DNA from: the human T2T-CHM13v2.0 reference genome, Homo sapiens
Direction: 5' to 3'
Assembly: GCA_009914755.4 (NCBI GenBank)
Contig: CP086569.2
Coordinates: 1,664,001-1,728,000 of the forward strand
Length of the DNA stretch: 64,000 nucleotides
Shown: positions 1 to 16,239 of the stretch, in pieces
Layout of the letters: every line of letters starts with the position of its first letter
Numbering within the stretch: the first letter of the stretch is position 1
Notes under the pieces: generated by a model
Told to the model about the DNA's origin: nothing
Seen by the model: only the letters and a program-made list of their open reading frames with translations
Databases searched by the model: none
Made by a program: the position numbers and the translations under genes

Positions 1-599
<599 letters not shown>

Positions 600-600
<1 letters not shown>

Positions 601-895
601 AGAGTCATATGAGAAAAATTCTCAACATCACTAATCATTAGAGAATTGCAAATCAAAACCACAATGAGATACCATCTCACTTCAGTCAGAATGGCTATTA
701 CTACAAAATCGAAAAACAGCAGATGCTGACGAGGTTACAGAGAAAAGGGAACGCATATATGCTGCTGCTGGCAATATAAATTAGTTCAACCATTGTGGAA
801 AGCACTGTGACAACTCCTCAAAGAACTAAAAACAGAATTACCATTCTACCCAGCAATCCCATGATTGGGTATATACCTGACGGAATATAAATTGT
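600..895 (+). mobile_element. LINE-1 ORF2 fragment in sense orientation, adjacent to the inverted L1 piece
   Basis: Matches agagaattgcaaatcaaaaccacaatgagataccatctcac...ttagttcaaccattgtggaaag...cccagcaatcccatgattgggtatatacc, sense strand of L1 ORF2. It abuts the antisense segment that covers the immediately downstream L1 positions. Confidence 0.7.
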
Positions 896-907
896 TCTAG
901 TGTAAAT

Positions 908-1913
<1,006 letters not shown>

Positions 1914-2430
1914 TCATTGCAGCACTAACTTTTGGCTTTCTTTTCTGGTAGGATCCAAACGTTTTCACGGGTTGGTGCCATTTTATTCTGTTGTTAGCAA
2001 GCATCTATGACCTGTGGTGAGTTACTCCTAAGCAGTGGCTCTGAACTCTGGGTGCACAAAGGCATTTTATGGGAGCTTTTAGAAAATACTGAGGCTAGGA
2101 TCCACCCCCAGAGACCCACGTTTATTTGATGGGAGGTTTCGGCTGGGTAACAGGAGTCCTAAGGTATCAGCAAGGGGTGGTGAAATGCAGAGAGTTTGAG
2201 AAACCGCTGAGCTAGCCAGGTGTTCTGCACCTTAACTCCGCCATCCCTAGTGGGTTGGGGGTGCCCTCAGGAGTCAGTGAGGAGCCTCCAGTTTGGACGC
2301 GGCTTCAGCAGCTTGGCTGCAAGACATCCCATCAATACAGGCCAGCCAAGATGAATCAATTTTCAGTTGCCTGTGGCCAGCTGCCCTGCAAAGCCAATTT
2401 GTAATCTGATCCCGTCCTTGTCCGGGGGAG

Positions 2431-2500
2431 CTTTCTTTTTTTTTTTTTTTTTTTTTTTGAGACAGAGTCGTGCTCTGTCACCAGGTTAGAATGCAGTGAA
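2431..2500 (-). mobile_element. Truncated Alu fragment with poly-T
   Basis: ttttttttttttttttttttgagacagagtcgtgctctgtcaccaggttagaatgcagtgaagc. Confidence 0.7.
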
Positions 2501-2759
2501 GCTTTCAAATTTCCCTGGGATGCCTGGAAGCCTGTGGAGACAGAGAGGCTGTTTCTGTAGGGTTACCCGGTGGCCGCGCCAAAATGCTCAGCTCTGCGTT
2601 TCGGGGGGCCGGCATCCCCTGAGACTCAGTGAGAAAAGAAAACAAGGGCTAGAAGGAGGGTTAGTGGGACGGGTGAGAGGCTGTTTCAGTCATGGTATTC
2701 TGCAGTGTGCTGGCATACAAAATGCAGCATAGTGTCATGCTTTGTGTTATATGTACTTT

Positions 2760-3240
2760 ATAACACCTATAAAACATCTATAAGATGCGGAATATATAAT
2801 CGTGCAATTGTTTAAAAAGATATATATATATAATATATATTATACATGGGATATATATGTTATAAAGTATATATAAAGATATATATTATATATAAAATAT
2901 ATATTTATAAAGACACGTATCTTTATATATAAAAGATATATATTTATCCATAAAGACATCTTTATATATTAAAGATATATCTATTTATAAAGACATATAT
3001 CTTTTATATATATAAAAGATATATATTTATAAATAAAGACATATATCTTTATACATATAAAAAGATATATGTCTTTATTATATATTATATATATCTTTAT
3101 ATATATTATATATCTTTATTATATATATTATATATAAGATATACATTTATAAATATATATCTTTTATATATATAAAAGATATATATTTATAAATAAAGAT
3201 ATATATCTTTATATATATATTAAAGATATACATATATATT
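2760..3240. repeat. AT-rich tandem repeat ((TATATA)/(AAAGATATATAT)-type)
   Basis: Iterations of aaagatatatat / ctttatatata / tataaagacat motifs. Essentially no G/C for ~480 bp. Confidence 0.85.
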
Positions 3241-3527
3241 TTTTCTTTTGCAGGAGTCTCGCTCTGTCACCCAGGCTGCAGTGCAGTGGCGCAATCTTCA
3301 CTGACTGCAACCTCTGCCTCCCAGGTTTAAGCAATTCTCCTGCCTCAGCCTCCTGAGTATCTGGGACTACAGGCACCCGCCACCATGCCTGGCTAATTTT
3401 TGTATTTTTAGTAGAGACAGGGTTTCACCGTGTTAGCTAGGATGGTCTCAATCTCCTGACCTCGTGATCCACCCACCTTGGCCTCCCAAAGTACTGGGAT
3501 GACAGGCGTGAGCCACCTCACCCGGCC
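3241..3527 (-). mobile_element. Alu (AluS-like)
   Basis: ttttcttttgcaggagtctcgctctgtcacccaggctgcagtgcagtggcgcaatc ... gcctcccaaagtactgggatgacaggcgtgagccacctcacccggcc. Confidence 0.9.
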
Positions 3528-3539
3528 TATATGTGTTTT

Positions 3540-3844
3540 ATTATATATATTATACACAGAATAGTTCAACTTTGTAGAAAAAAATTAGATTTTCCCACCT
3601 TGCATACAGATATACATATATTCTATCCTCCAGGATAGTTACCATATTATACATTATAACATATCATGTGTTATGTATAAAGTATGATATGGTATATGTT
3701 TGCATATCCAGTAGTGCAATTTATAGAAAATATAAGGTTTTTCCAGATTGCAATATGGATGTATGTATATCTTATTATATATCATATTGTCTACAATAGT
3801 TATATGTGCATAATAGTAAATACAATATGTAATACAGATAATGC

Positions 3845-3894
<50 letters not shown>

Positions 3895-3900
3895 GCTATA
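3540..3900. repeat. AT-rich region with ~135-bp sub-repeat and (TA)n
   Basis: Related blocks atagttcaactttgtagaaaaaaattagattttcccaccttgcatacagatata (3570) and agtagtgcaatttatagaaaatataaggtttttccagattgcaatatggatgtatgtata (3707). A third copy lies at 4213. (TA)n spans 3847-3892. Confidence 0.7.
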
Positions 3901-3919
3901 TGATAGAATATATAATAGT

Positions 3920-4520
<601 letters not shown>

Positions 4521-4769
4521 TTCACATAGAGGGTTTTGGCTTGGAGCTGGGCTCTTCAGCGAGCTGCTTCCAGCAGTGAATGGGACACGCACCCTGCACC
4601 ACAGGCTCATGTGTATTAGAAATATTACTCAGTGCCCAGCACAGCACATCCCTGGGCTGGGGTGAGTCAATGGTGGGAGCTGCAGGCAGGGTGCACAGTG
4701 AGAGAGACCCTGATCCGGACCACTCAGCAAGGGCATGGTACAATGATTTTCATGTCTGTGTTCACCCAA

Positions 4770-5075
4770 GTTCATGTTGAATCCTTACTCTTGAGAAATG
4801 GCGTTAGGAGGTGGTGCTTTTGGGAGATGATAAGGTATTCATGTGGATTCCTCACTCTTGAGTGATGGCCTTCGGAGGTGATGGTTTTGGGAAATGATAA
4901 GGTCGTAAGGTTGGAGCCTCATTAAGGGCATTCCTGTCCTACAAAAGGGACCCCAGAGAGCTCCATCGTCCGTTCCACCATGTGAGGATACAGACAGAAA
5001 GTGCTGTCTATGAACCAGGAAGTGGGGTTTCCACCAGATACTGAATCTCACGTCTTGATCCTGAACACTCAACCT
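4770..5075 (+). mobile_element. ERVL-MaLR-type LTR fragment (MST/MLT-like)
   Basis: Motifs gggaccccagagagctcc...ccaccatgtgaggatacagacagaaag...tgaaccaggaagtgggg...ccagatactgaatctc...cctccagaactgtgaga. These resemble the MaLR LTR 3' half as I remember it. The family name is from memory, not from a search. Confidence 0.55.
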
Positions 5076-5179
5076 CCAGAACTGTGAGATGTAAAGGTCA
5101 ACTGCTTATCCTGAAACATGAAGCTTCCAGCCCCAGAAAAAGCGGGGAAAATGTTTATGGACAGAATAGTGACGTCCCA

Positions 5180-5762
<583 letters not shown>

Positions 5763-5961
5763 GTATTTTTATAGCAGCCTGAAATGGACAAACACACAAA
5801 GATGAAAAAAATAACTCTAGTCGTGTTCTCCAGGGTTTAGAACAGCGGCAGAATAGGCAAGCTCATGCCTTGCAAATGGTGAGACCCTTTTTGACAAGTT
5901 GTTGGACAGCAATTCCTTTTCCATGAGATTTTTTTTTTTCCTAAGGATAAAAATGGAAAAT

Positions 5962-6259
<298 letters not shown>

Positions 6260-6611
6260 GGCAAATGAAACATTAAGGATCAGACTGAGTTGCCGTGCCA
6301 TTTATACATGGAGAAAACTCCAGAGGGATCTCATGTCCAAGGACCAGGACACAGCCAGGTAACAGCAAAGCTTCCATGCAACTGACAGGGTGAAAAAAAT
6401 AGCGTGGATGGTCCCCACCGAGAAAGAAACCCAACACATTTTCCAGTGGAGAAAATGGGACTGGTGGGAGAACATCACGACGACGACGGTGCAGCAACTC
6501 AATCTACGCGCAGAGGTTATCTGGATTCAGCAGAAAAGGAAGGTGGCAGGTGTGACCGGTTTGCGTTTCATAAATATTTGCAACGCTTTTTAATTAATTA
6601 GTTAGTTTACT

Positions 6612-6898
6612 ATTTTTGAGATGGAGTTTCGCTCTTGTTGCCCAAGCTGGAGGGCGGTGGCGCGATCTCGGCTCACTGCAACCTCTGCCTCAGCTTCATG
6701 CAATTCTCCTGCCTCAGCCTCCTGAGTAGCTGGGATTACAAGCGCCTGCCAGCACGCCCGGCTAATTTTTGAATTTTTAGTACAGATGGGGTTTCTCCAA
6801 ATTGGCCAGGCTTGTGTCAAACTCTTGACCTCAGGTGATCTGCCCGCCTCGGCCTCCCAAAGTGCTGGGATTACAGGTGTGAACCACTGCACCTGGCC
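6612..6898 (-). mobile_element. Alu
   Basis: tttttgagatggagtttcgctcttgttgcccaagctggagggcggtggcgcgatctcggctcactgcaacctc ... cccaaagtgctgggattacaggtgtgaaccactgcacctggcc. Confidence 0.92.
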
Positions 6899-7346
6899 AC
6901 ATTTTTCCCCTCTTACAATGACAGTATCATGTTGCATCAGGGGCCAACTCCGCTTCATTCTGACCAAATCTTTACGAATTGCATCTGCAAAGGCTCTATT
7001 TCCAAACGAGGTCACACTTGAGCTTCTGAGCAGACGTGAATTTGAGGGGTACATGTTTCAACCCCATTCACATCAACGTCTTTTTCTTCTTTAGCAATCA
7101 GTGAAGATAATAAGGTCATTTTTATTCTGAGAGGAAATGTGAGTTCGTCTCGTCTCAGAGGATTGCTCAGAGTCCAGTTGAGCATGGCTGGGGTGCTAGG
7201 CTGTGCCGTTCTTGCTCTAAGCCCGAGGGATAACTAATTTCCATTATTTTGTTCTTGCCGCCTCATAATTTGTCTACATGGGGGTGAGGAGAGTGAATGT
7301 CCTGTTACAGGAAGCTGTTGCGGGTGGACTATTTAAAGGGATTTCA

Positions 7347-8642
7347 GGCCAGGTGCGGCAGCTTATGCCTGTCATCCCACCACTTTGGGAGGCCGAGGAG
7401 GGTGGATCACAAGGTCAGGAGTTCGAGACCAGCCTGGCCGATATGGTGAAACTCCATCTCTACTAAAAATACAAAAATTAGCCGGGTGTGCTGTCGGGCG
7501 CCTGTAATCCCAGCTACTCAGGAGGCTGAGGCAGGAGAATCTCTTAGAACCCGGGAGGCGGAGGTTGCAGTGAGCCAGATTGGGCCACTGCACTCCAGCC
7601 TGGGTGACAAGAGGGAGACTCCATCTCAAAAAAAATCATAAAATAAAAAATTAATTAATTAAAAAGGCTAGGTGCAGTGGCTCATGCCTGTAATCCCAGC
7701 ACTTTGGGAGGCCGAGGTGGGCAGATCACCTGAGGTTGGGGGTTTGAGACCATCCTGGCCAACATGGTGAAACCCCATCTCTAGTAAAATACAAAAATTA
7801 GCTGGGTGTGGTGTCGGGTGCTTGTAATCTCAGCTACTCAGGAGGCTGAGGCAGAATCTTAGAATCCAGGAGGTGGAGGTTGCAGTGAGCCGAGATCAAG
7901 CCATTGCACTCCAGCCTGGGCGACAAGAGGGAGACTCTGTCTCAAAAAAATACATAATATAATAAAAATAAATAAATAATAAAATAGGCCAGGCACGGTG
8001 GTTCACGCCTGTAGTCCCAGCACTTTGGGAGGCCAAGGCGGGTGGATCACCTGATGTCAGGTGTTCGAGACCAGCCTGGCCAACATGGTGAAACCCCATC
8101 TCTACGAAAAATACAAAAATTAGGTGGGTGTGGTGTCGGGCGCCTGTACTCCCAGCTTCTCAGCAAGGTGAGGCAGGAGAATCTCTGAGAATCCGGGAGG
8201 TGGAGGTTGCAGTGAACTGAGATTGGGCCACTGCACTCCAGCCTGGGCGACAAGAGGGAGACTCTGTCTCAAAAAATATATATATATAAAATAAATAATT
8301 AATAAAATAGGTCAGGTGCACTAGCTCATGCCTGTCATCCCAGCACTTTGGGAGGCCAAGGCAGGTGGATCACCTGATGTCAGGACTTCGAGACCAGCCT
8401 GGCCAACATGGTGAAACCTCGTCTCTACTAAAAATACAAAAATTAGCCGGGTGTGGTGTCGGGCGCCTGTAATCCCAGCTTCTCAGGAGGCTGAGGCAGG
8501 AGAATCTCTTAGAACCCCGGAGGCAGAGGTTGCAGTGAGCTGAGATTGCACCACTACACTCCAGCCTGGGCGACAAGAGGGGGACTCCATCTAAAAAAAA
8601 AAATGATAAAAAATAAATAATATAAAAAGTAAAATAAATAAA
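7347..8642 (+). repeat. Fourfold tandem array of a ~323-bp unit = Alu + A/T-rich flank (Alus at ~7347-7633, 7666-7950, 7987-8278, 8311-8600)
   Basis: All four Alus share the private variants gtgtggtgtcgggcgcctgta, gagaatctcttagaacc.gggagg and gggcgacaagagggagactc. The same flank, aaaaaa.a.ataa.ataaataaataat.aaaatag, precedes the next copy. Period is about 321-324 bp. Confidence 0.85.
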
Positions 8643-9366
8643 AGGATTTCAGAGGCATCTAACCAAGTAAGGACCCGGCCAAGCATGTATGTTGAAGACA
8701 AGCTGAGAAGGCTTTATAGCAATTAACAAAAAAAAACAGCTGGTAACAACAGCCAGTCTGGGGGTGTAAAAATGGAACTACCATTGGTAACAGGACCTTC
8801 CGTTCCTTCTAATGACCTCTTTGAAGGTACGAGTGATTTACACTCCATCATAACCCTCTTGGCCCCTGGGGCCTCGTCTCAGCATCCGTTCCGTAGGCAG
8901 GAGGCACGGTTCTCGGTGTTTCCGGAGACCAACCCTGTTTTGTTTCTTTGGTAAAGCATAGAGCGTGGTGCTATTGACGTCGGGAGAATACCACGGCTTT
9001 GAAAACATTATTCTCAGTGAACGGAAGCCTGTCGCTGAAGACCACGTATCCTGTGATTTCATTCAGATGAAAGGTTCAGAATAGACCAGTCCAGACACAA
9101 AGCAGATTAGTGGTTTCACAGGGGCTGGGGTGGGGGTGGGAAGGGAGTGGGGTCATGGGGAAAGAGTGTGGGGTTTCTTTGTCTTCTGCAAGGGATGAAA
9201 ATATTGTAATCTACCCACAGTCATGCTTCTCTGCATCTGTGAATATCCTAAAAGCCACTCAATGGTAAATTGAATTGTCCATGACCAGAGGGGCCGGTGC
9301 ACGTGACAGGCAGAGGTAGGAGACCCCATCCTAGCATCCACTGTTGACATTCTAAAAGTGACTGTC

Positions 9367-9490
9367 GGCCAGGCATGGTGGCTCACGCCTGTCATCCCAG
9401 CATTTTGGGAGGCCGAGGTGGGTGGATCACCTGAGGTCGGGAGTTCGAGACCAGCCTGGCCAACATGCTGAAACCTTGTCTCTACTTGAA
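9367..9490 (+). mobile_element. Free Alu left monomer (FLAM-like) fragment
   Basis: ggccaggcatggtggctcacgcctgtcatcccagcattttgggaggccgaggtgggtggatcacctgaggtcgggagttcgagaccagcctggccaacatgctgaaaccttgtctctacttgaaaaatg. Confidence 0.85.
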
Positions 9491-9627
9491 AAATGAGTGA
9501 ATTGTGTGGGATGTGAATTATATCTGAATAGAACAATCTTTTTTCTTTTTCTTTTGGCCGATTTTCTTTTTCTTTTGGTTTCTTTTGATCTGATGGTTTT
9601 ACAAATGGGAGTTCCCCTGATAATGTC

Positions 9628-9795
9628 TCACTCTGTCACCCAGGCTCAAGTGCAGTGGCACGATCATAGCTCACTGCAGCCTCGATCTCCTGGGCTCAGG
9701 TAACCCTCCCACCTCAGTGTCAGCATAGCTGGGACCGCAGGTGTGCACCACCATGCCCAGTTAATTTATTTTTTCTAATCTGTAGAGACTTAAAA
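9628..9795 (-). mobile_element. Older Alu fragment (right arm + linker)
   Basis: ctcactctgtcacccaggctcaagtgcagtggcacgatcatagctcactgcagcctcgatctcctgggctcagg...caggtgtgcaccaccatgcccagttaatttattttttc. Confidence 0.75.
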
Positions 9796-9799
9796 AAAA

Positions 9800-9826
9800 T
9801 ATATATATATATATATATGGAGGCCG
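9800..9826. repeat. (TA)n
   Basis: atatatatatatatatatatat. Confidence 0.9.
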
Positions 9827-10082
9827 ATGCGGGTAGATCACCTGAGGTCAGGAGTTCGAGACCAGCCTGACCAGCATGGCGAAACCCCATCTATAGTAAA
9901 AGTACAAAATTACCTGGGCGTGGTGACTCCTGCCTGTAATCCCAGCTACTCAAGAGGCTGAGGCAGGAGAATTGCTTGAAGCTGCTAGGCGGAGGTTGCA
10001 GTGAGTGGAGACCTCACCACTGCACTCCAGTTTGGGTGACAGAGCAAGACTCCATCTCAAAAATAAAATAAAATAAAATAAA
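9827..10082 (+). mobile_element. Alu (5'-truncated) with (AAAAT)n tail
   Basis: ggaggccgatgcgggtagatcacctgaggtcaggagttcgagaccagcctgaccagcatggcgaaacccc...gactccatctcaaaaataaaataaaataaaataaaag. Confidence 0.88.
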
Positions 10083-10179
10083 AGTGCATATAAAAGGTAT
10101 GTTTATAACCATATTGTAGCCTATTAAACGTGCAATAGCATTATGTCTTAAAAATATGCATGCTTTAATTTAAATCTAC

Positions 10180-10345
10180 TTTTTTCTTAATTATAGTTTA
10201 AGTTCTAGGGTACATGCGCACAACGTGCATGTTTGTTACATATGTATACATGTGCCATGTTGGTGTGCTGCACCCATGAACTCATCATTTACATTAGGTA
10301 TATCTCCTAATGCTATCCCTCCCCCCTCCCCCTACCCCAATTTCA
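10180..10345 (-). mobile_element. LINE-1 extreme 3' end fragment
   Basis: tttaagttctagggtacatgcgcacaacgtgcatgtttgttacatatgtatacatgtgccatgttggtgtgctgcacccatgaactcatcatttacattaggtatatctcctaatgctatccctcccc. This is the reverse complement of the L1 3' UTR terminus. Confidence 0.88.
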
Positions 10346-10574
10346 AATCTATTTTATTGCTAAAAAAGCTAATAGATTTTCTCCATGGGTGGGGTTACGA
10401 CATTCCTGCAATTTGTAAACAACAACAACAAATAGTGTCTGACGGTGCCATAAAGCAAACTGCAATCAAATGAGGCATGCCTGTATAGACACACTTTGGC
10501 ATCCATTCAATTCTTTATCTAACCAGAATATATATGTAATTTTCATTATTTATTTATTTTAATTTTTAATTTTT

Positions 10575-10903
10575 TTATTCTTTGATATTTTATTTTATTT
10601 TATTTTATTTTATTTTATTTTGAGACAGAGTCTCGCTCTGTCTCCCAGGCTGGAGTGCAATGACCCTATTTTGGCTCACTGCAAACTCCACCTCTGGGGT
10701 TCAAGTGATTCTCCAGCCTCAGCCTCCTGAGTAGCTGGGATTACAGGCATTCACCACCAGGCCTGGCTAACTTTGTATATTTAGTAGAGACGGGGTTTCG
10801 TCATGTTGGCCAGGCTAGTCTCGAACTCCTGGCCGAGGTGATCCGCTCGCTTCAGCCTCCCAAAGTGCTGGGATGACACGTGTGAGCCACCGTGCCTGGC
10901 CCA
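10575..10903 (-). mobile_element. Alu with (ATTTT)n tail
   Basis: attttattttattttattttattttgagacagagtctcgctctgtctcccaggctggagtgcaatgaccc ... caaagtgctgggatgacacgtgtgagccaccgtgcctggcc. Confidence 0.9.
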
Positions 10904-11384
10904 AATCTTTCAAGCCGGCTGTCAGCAGGCATCCGTGTCAGGTCCACCTGTCCGTCCAGCTCCAAGCTGATTGTCAGCCACTGCACAGGCTGAAAAAAAT
11001 GGACTTTAATATCTGTGAAAACCTCGTTGGCTCAAAGGAAACTGTAGCAAATTCTTTTTTTTTATTTTTGTTTTTTAACTCAAAGAGTGGAGTTTGCATT
11101 GACCTTGTGATGGCACGCTGCTCTTTTGTTTTGGTGTAAATCCTCTAGTGGGCACTTTGCAAAAGCAATTTTAGAGCAAAGGTGGTGGCATGGAGTTGTG
11201 TGAGGTTGCTGAAAAGTAGCAAATGGAAGAAAGGTTAATGGAGCTGGATTTCTACAAAGGACGTCCTTTGAGGAGATCCACAGCAGCAACAATCACAGAG
11301 CAGCTTGCGTTTCCTATTCTGGGGACTTGGAGCACTTGATTGTAAGGAAGAAAGTGTGAGTGGGCACAAGGCTGGTGGTCACAA

Positions 11385-14300
11385 TAAAAAGAACAACAGT
11401 AATAATATGATACTACCACTGCATGAGAGCAGTAATAACAACAACAGTAATACAATACCACCGCCGTGTGAGAGCAGTAATAACTACAACAGTAATACGA
11501 TACCACCGCTGCATGAGAGCAGTCATAATCACAACAGTAATATGATACTACCGCCGCATGAGAGCAACAACAGTAATATGATACTACTGCCGCATGAGAG
11601 CAGTAATAACAACAGTAATATGATACTACCACTACATGAGAGCAGTCATAATCACAACAGTAACATGACACCACCGCCGCATCAGAGCAGTAATAACAAC
11701 AACAGTAATATGATACTACCGCCGCATGAGAGCAGTAATAACAACACTAATATGATACTACCACTACATGAGAGCAGTCATAATCACAACAGTAACATGA
11801 CACCACCGCCGCATGAGCAGTAATAACAACAACAGTAATATGATACTACCGCCGCATGAGAGCAGTAATCACAACAGTAATATGATACTACCGCTGCATG
11901 AGAGCAGTAATAACAGTAATATGATACTACCGCCGCATGAGAGCAGTAATAACAGTAATATGATACTACCGCCGCATGAGAGCAGTAATAACAACAGTAA
12001 TATGATACTACCGCCGCATGAGAGCAGTCATAATCACAACAGTAATATGATACTACCGCCGCATGGGAGCAGTAATAACAACAACAGTAATATGATACTA
12101 CCGCCGCATGAGAGCAGTAATAACAACAGTAATATGATACTACCGCTGCATGAGAGCAGTAATAACAGTAATATGATACTACCGCCGCATGAGAGCAGTA
12201 ATAACAACAGTAATATGATACTACCACTACATGAGAGCAGTCATAATCACAACAGTAATATGATACTACCACTACATGAGAGCAGTCATAATCACAACAG
12301 TAATATGATACTACCACTACATGAGAGCAGTCATAATCACAACAGTAATATGATACTACCGCCGCATGGGAGCAGTAATCACAACAGTAATATGATACTA
12401 CCGTTGCATGAGAGCAGTAATAACAACAACAGTAATATGATACTACCGCCACATGAGAGCAGTAATCACAACAGTAATATGATACTACCGCCGCATGAGA
12501 GCAGTCATAATCACAACAGTAATATGATACTACCGCCACATGAGAGCAGTAATAACAACAGTAATATGATACTACCACTACATGAGAGCAGTCATAATCA
12601 CAACAGTAATATGATACTACCACTACATGAGAGCAGTCATAATCACAACAGTAATATGATACTACCACTACATGAGAGCAGTCATAATCACAACAGTAAT
12701 ATGATACTACCGCTGCATGAGAGCAGTAATAACAACAGTAATATGATACTACCGCCGCATGAGAGCAACAACAGTAATATGATACTACTGCCGCATGAGA
12801 GCAGTAATAACAACAGTAATATGATACTACCGCCGCATGAGAGCAGTAATAACAACAGTAATATGATACTACCACTACATGAGAGCAGTCATAATCACAA
12901 CAGTAATATGATACTACCGCCGCATGAGAGCAGTAATCACAACAGTAATATGATACTACCGCTGCATGAGAGCAGTAATAACAGTAATATGATACTACCG
13001 CCACATGAGAGCAGTAATAACAGTAATATGATACTACCGCCGCATGAGAGCAGTAATAACAACAGTAATATGATACTACCGCCGCATGAGAGCAGTCATA
13101 ATCACAACAGTAATATGATACTACCACTACATGAGAGCAGTCATAATCACAACAGTAATATGATACTACCGCTGCATGAGAGCAGTAATAACAACAGTAA
13201 TATGATACTACCGCCGCATGAGAGCAGTAATAACAGTAATATGATACTACCGCCGCATGAGAGCAGTCATAACAGTAATATGATACTACCGCCGCATGAG
13301 AGCAGTAATAACAACAGTAATATGATACTACCGCTGCATGAGAGCAGTAATAACAACAGTAATATGATACTACCACTACATGAGAGCAGTCATAATCACA
13401 ACAGTAATATGATACTACCGCCGCATGGGAGCAGTAATCACAACAGTAATATGATACTACCGTTGCATGAGAGCAGTAATAACAACAACAGTAATATGAT
13501 ACTACCGCCGCATGAGAGCAGTCATAATCACAACAGTAATATGATACTACCGCCGCATGAGAGCAGTCATAATCACAACAGTAATATGATACTACCGCCA
13601 CATGAGAGCAGTAATAACAACAGTAATATGATACTACCACTACATGAGAGCAGTCATAATCACAACAGTAATATGATACTACCACTACATGAGAGCAGTC
13701 ATAATCACAACAGTAATATGATACTACCACTACATGAGAGCAGTCATAATCACAACAGTAATATGATACTACCGCTGCATGAGAGCAGTAATAACAACAG
13801 TAATATGATACTACCGCCACATGAGAGCAGTAATAATCACAACAGTAATATGATACTACCGCCGCATGAGAGCAGTAATCACAACAGTAATATGATACTA
13901 CCGCCACATGAGAGCAGTAATAACAGTAATATGATACTACCGCCACATGAGAGCAGTAATCACAACAGTAATATGATACTACCACTACATGAGAGCAGTC
14001 ATAATCACAACAGTAATATGATACTACCGCTGCATGAGAGCAGTAATAACAACAGTAATATGATACTACCGCCACATGAGAGCAGTAATAATCACAACAG
14101 TAATATGATACTACCACTACATGAGAGCAGTCATAATCACAACAGTAATATGATACTACCGCCACATGAGAGCAGTAATAACAACAGTAATATGATACTA
14201 CCGCCGCATGAGAGCAGTAATAACAGTAATATGATACTACCGCCACATGAGAGCAGTAATAACAGTAATATGATACTACCGCCACATGAGAGCAGTAATC

Positions 14301-15289
14301 ACAACAGTAATATGATACTACCACTACATGAGAGCAGTCATAATCACAACAGTAATATGATACTACCGCCGCATGAGCAGTAATAACAGTAATATGATAC
14401 TACCGCCGCATGAGAGCAGTAATAACAACAGTAATATGATACTACCACTACATGAGAGCAGTAATAATCACAACAGTAACATGACACCACCGCCACATGA
14501 GAGCAGTAATAACAACAGCAATATACTACCGCCGCATGAGAGCAGTAATAACAACAGTAGTATGATACTACCACTACATGAGAGCAGTCATAATCACAAC
14601 AGTAATATGATACTACCGCCGCATGAGAGCAGTAATAACAGTAATATGATACTACCGCCGCATGAGAGCAGTAATAACAGTAATATGATACTACCGCCGC
14701 ATGAGAGCAGTAATAACAAGAGTAATATGATACCACCACCGCATGAGAGCAGTAATAACAACAGTAATATGATACCACCGCCACATGAGAGCAGTAATAA
14801 CAACAGTAATATGATACTACCACTACATGAGAGCAGTCATAATCACAACAGTAATATGATACTACCACTACATGAGAGCAGTCATAATCACAACAGTAAT
14901 ATGATACTACCGCCGCATGAGAGCAGTAATAACAGTAATATGATACTACCGCCACATGAGAGCAGTCATAATCACAACAGTAATATGATACTACCGCCGC
15001 ATGAGAGCAGTAATCACAACAGTAATATGATACTACCGCCACATGAGAGCAGTCATAATCACAACAGTAATATGATACTACCACTACATGAGAGCAGTCA
15101 TAATCACAACAGTAATATGATACTACCACTACATGAGAGCAGTAATAACAACAGTAATATGATACTACCGCCACATGAGAGCAGTCATAATCACAACAGT
15201 AATATGATACTACCGCTGCATGAGAGCAGTAATAACAAGAGTAATATGATACCACCGCCACATGAGAGCAGTAATAACAACAGTAATAT

Positions 15290-15312
<23 letters not shown>
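11385..15312. repeat. Large minisatellite/VNTR (A): about 90 tandem copies of a 39/42/45/48-bp unit (~3.9 kb)
   Basis: Units such as cagtaataacaacagtaatatgatactaccgccgcatgagag (42 bp), cagtcataatcacaacagtaatatgatactaccactacatgagag (45 bp) and cagtaataacagtaatatgatactaccgccgcatgagag (39 bp). Every unit length is a multiple of 3 and one frame per strand lacks stops. This explains the ORF-track ORFs 11813..14383 (+, 856 aa, SSNNNSNMILPPHE repeats) and 11784..14324 (-, 846 aa, SHAAVVSYYCCYYC repeats), plus 14373..15425 / 14344..15300. Confidence 0.97.
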
Positions 15313-16074
<762 letters not shown>

Positions 16075-16239
16075 TTAAGAGGTGACAGGGCCATGAGACC
16101 TTTGCCCTCATGAATGGATTACTCCACACATAGATTAATGAATTAATGGGTTAATAGATTAAGTGTTTATCATGCAAATGTACTGACCTAAGCCAAGATG
16201 TGGATATTATGGGGTTTCACCCATGCTGCCATAGCAAAG

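Noticed and set aside
2540-2650. CpG-rich patch (ggttacccggtggccgcgccaaaatgctcagctctgcgtttcggggggccggc) as a CpG-island promoter
   Set aside because: Only ~100 bp with a handful of CpGs, adjacent to an Alu fragment. Too short and weak to call.
11784-14383. 856-aa (+) and 846-aa (-) overlapping ORFs, plus 350/318-aa continuations, as large novel proteins
   Set aside because: They lie entirely inside a 42/45-bp tandem repeat whose unit is a multiple of 3 and stop-free in one frame per strand. The peptides are pure repeats (SSNNNSNMILPPHE / SHAAVVSYYCCYYC) with no start context, domains or flanking exons. Fully antisense-overlapping 2.5-kb ORFs are the expected artefact of such a repeat.
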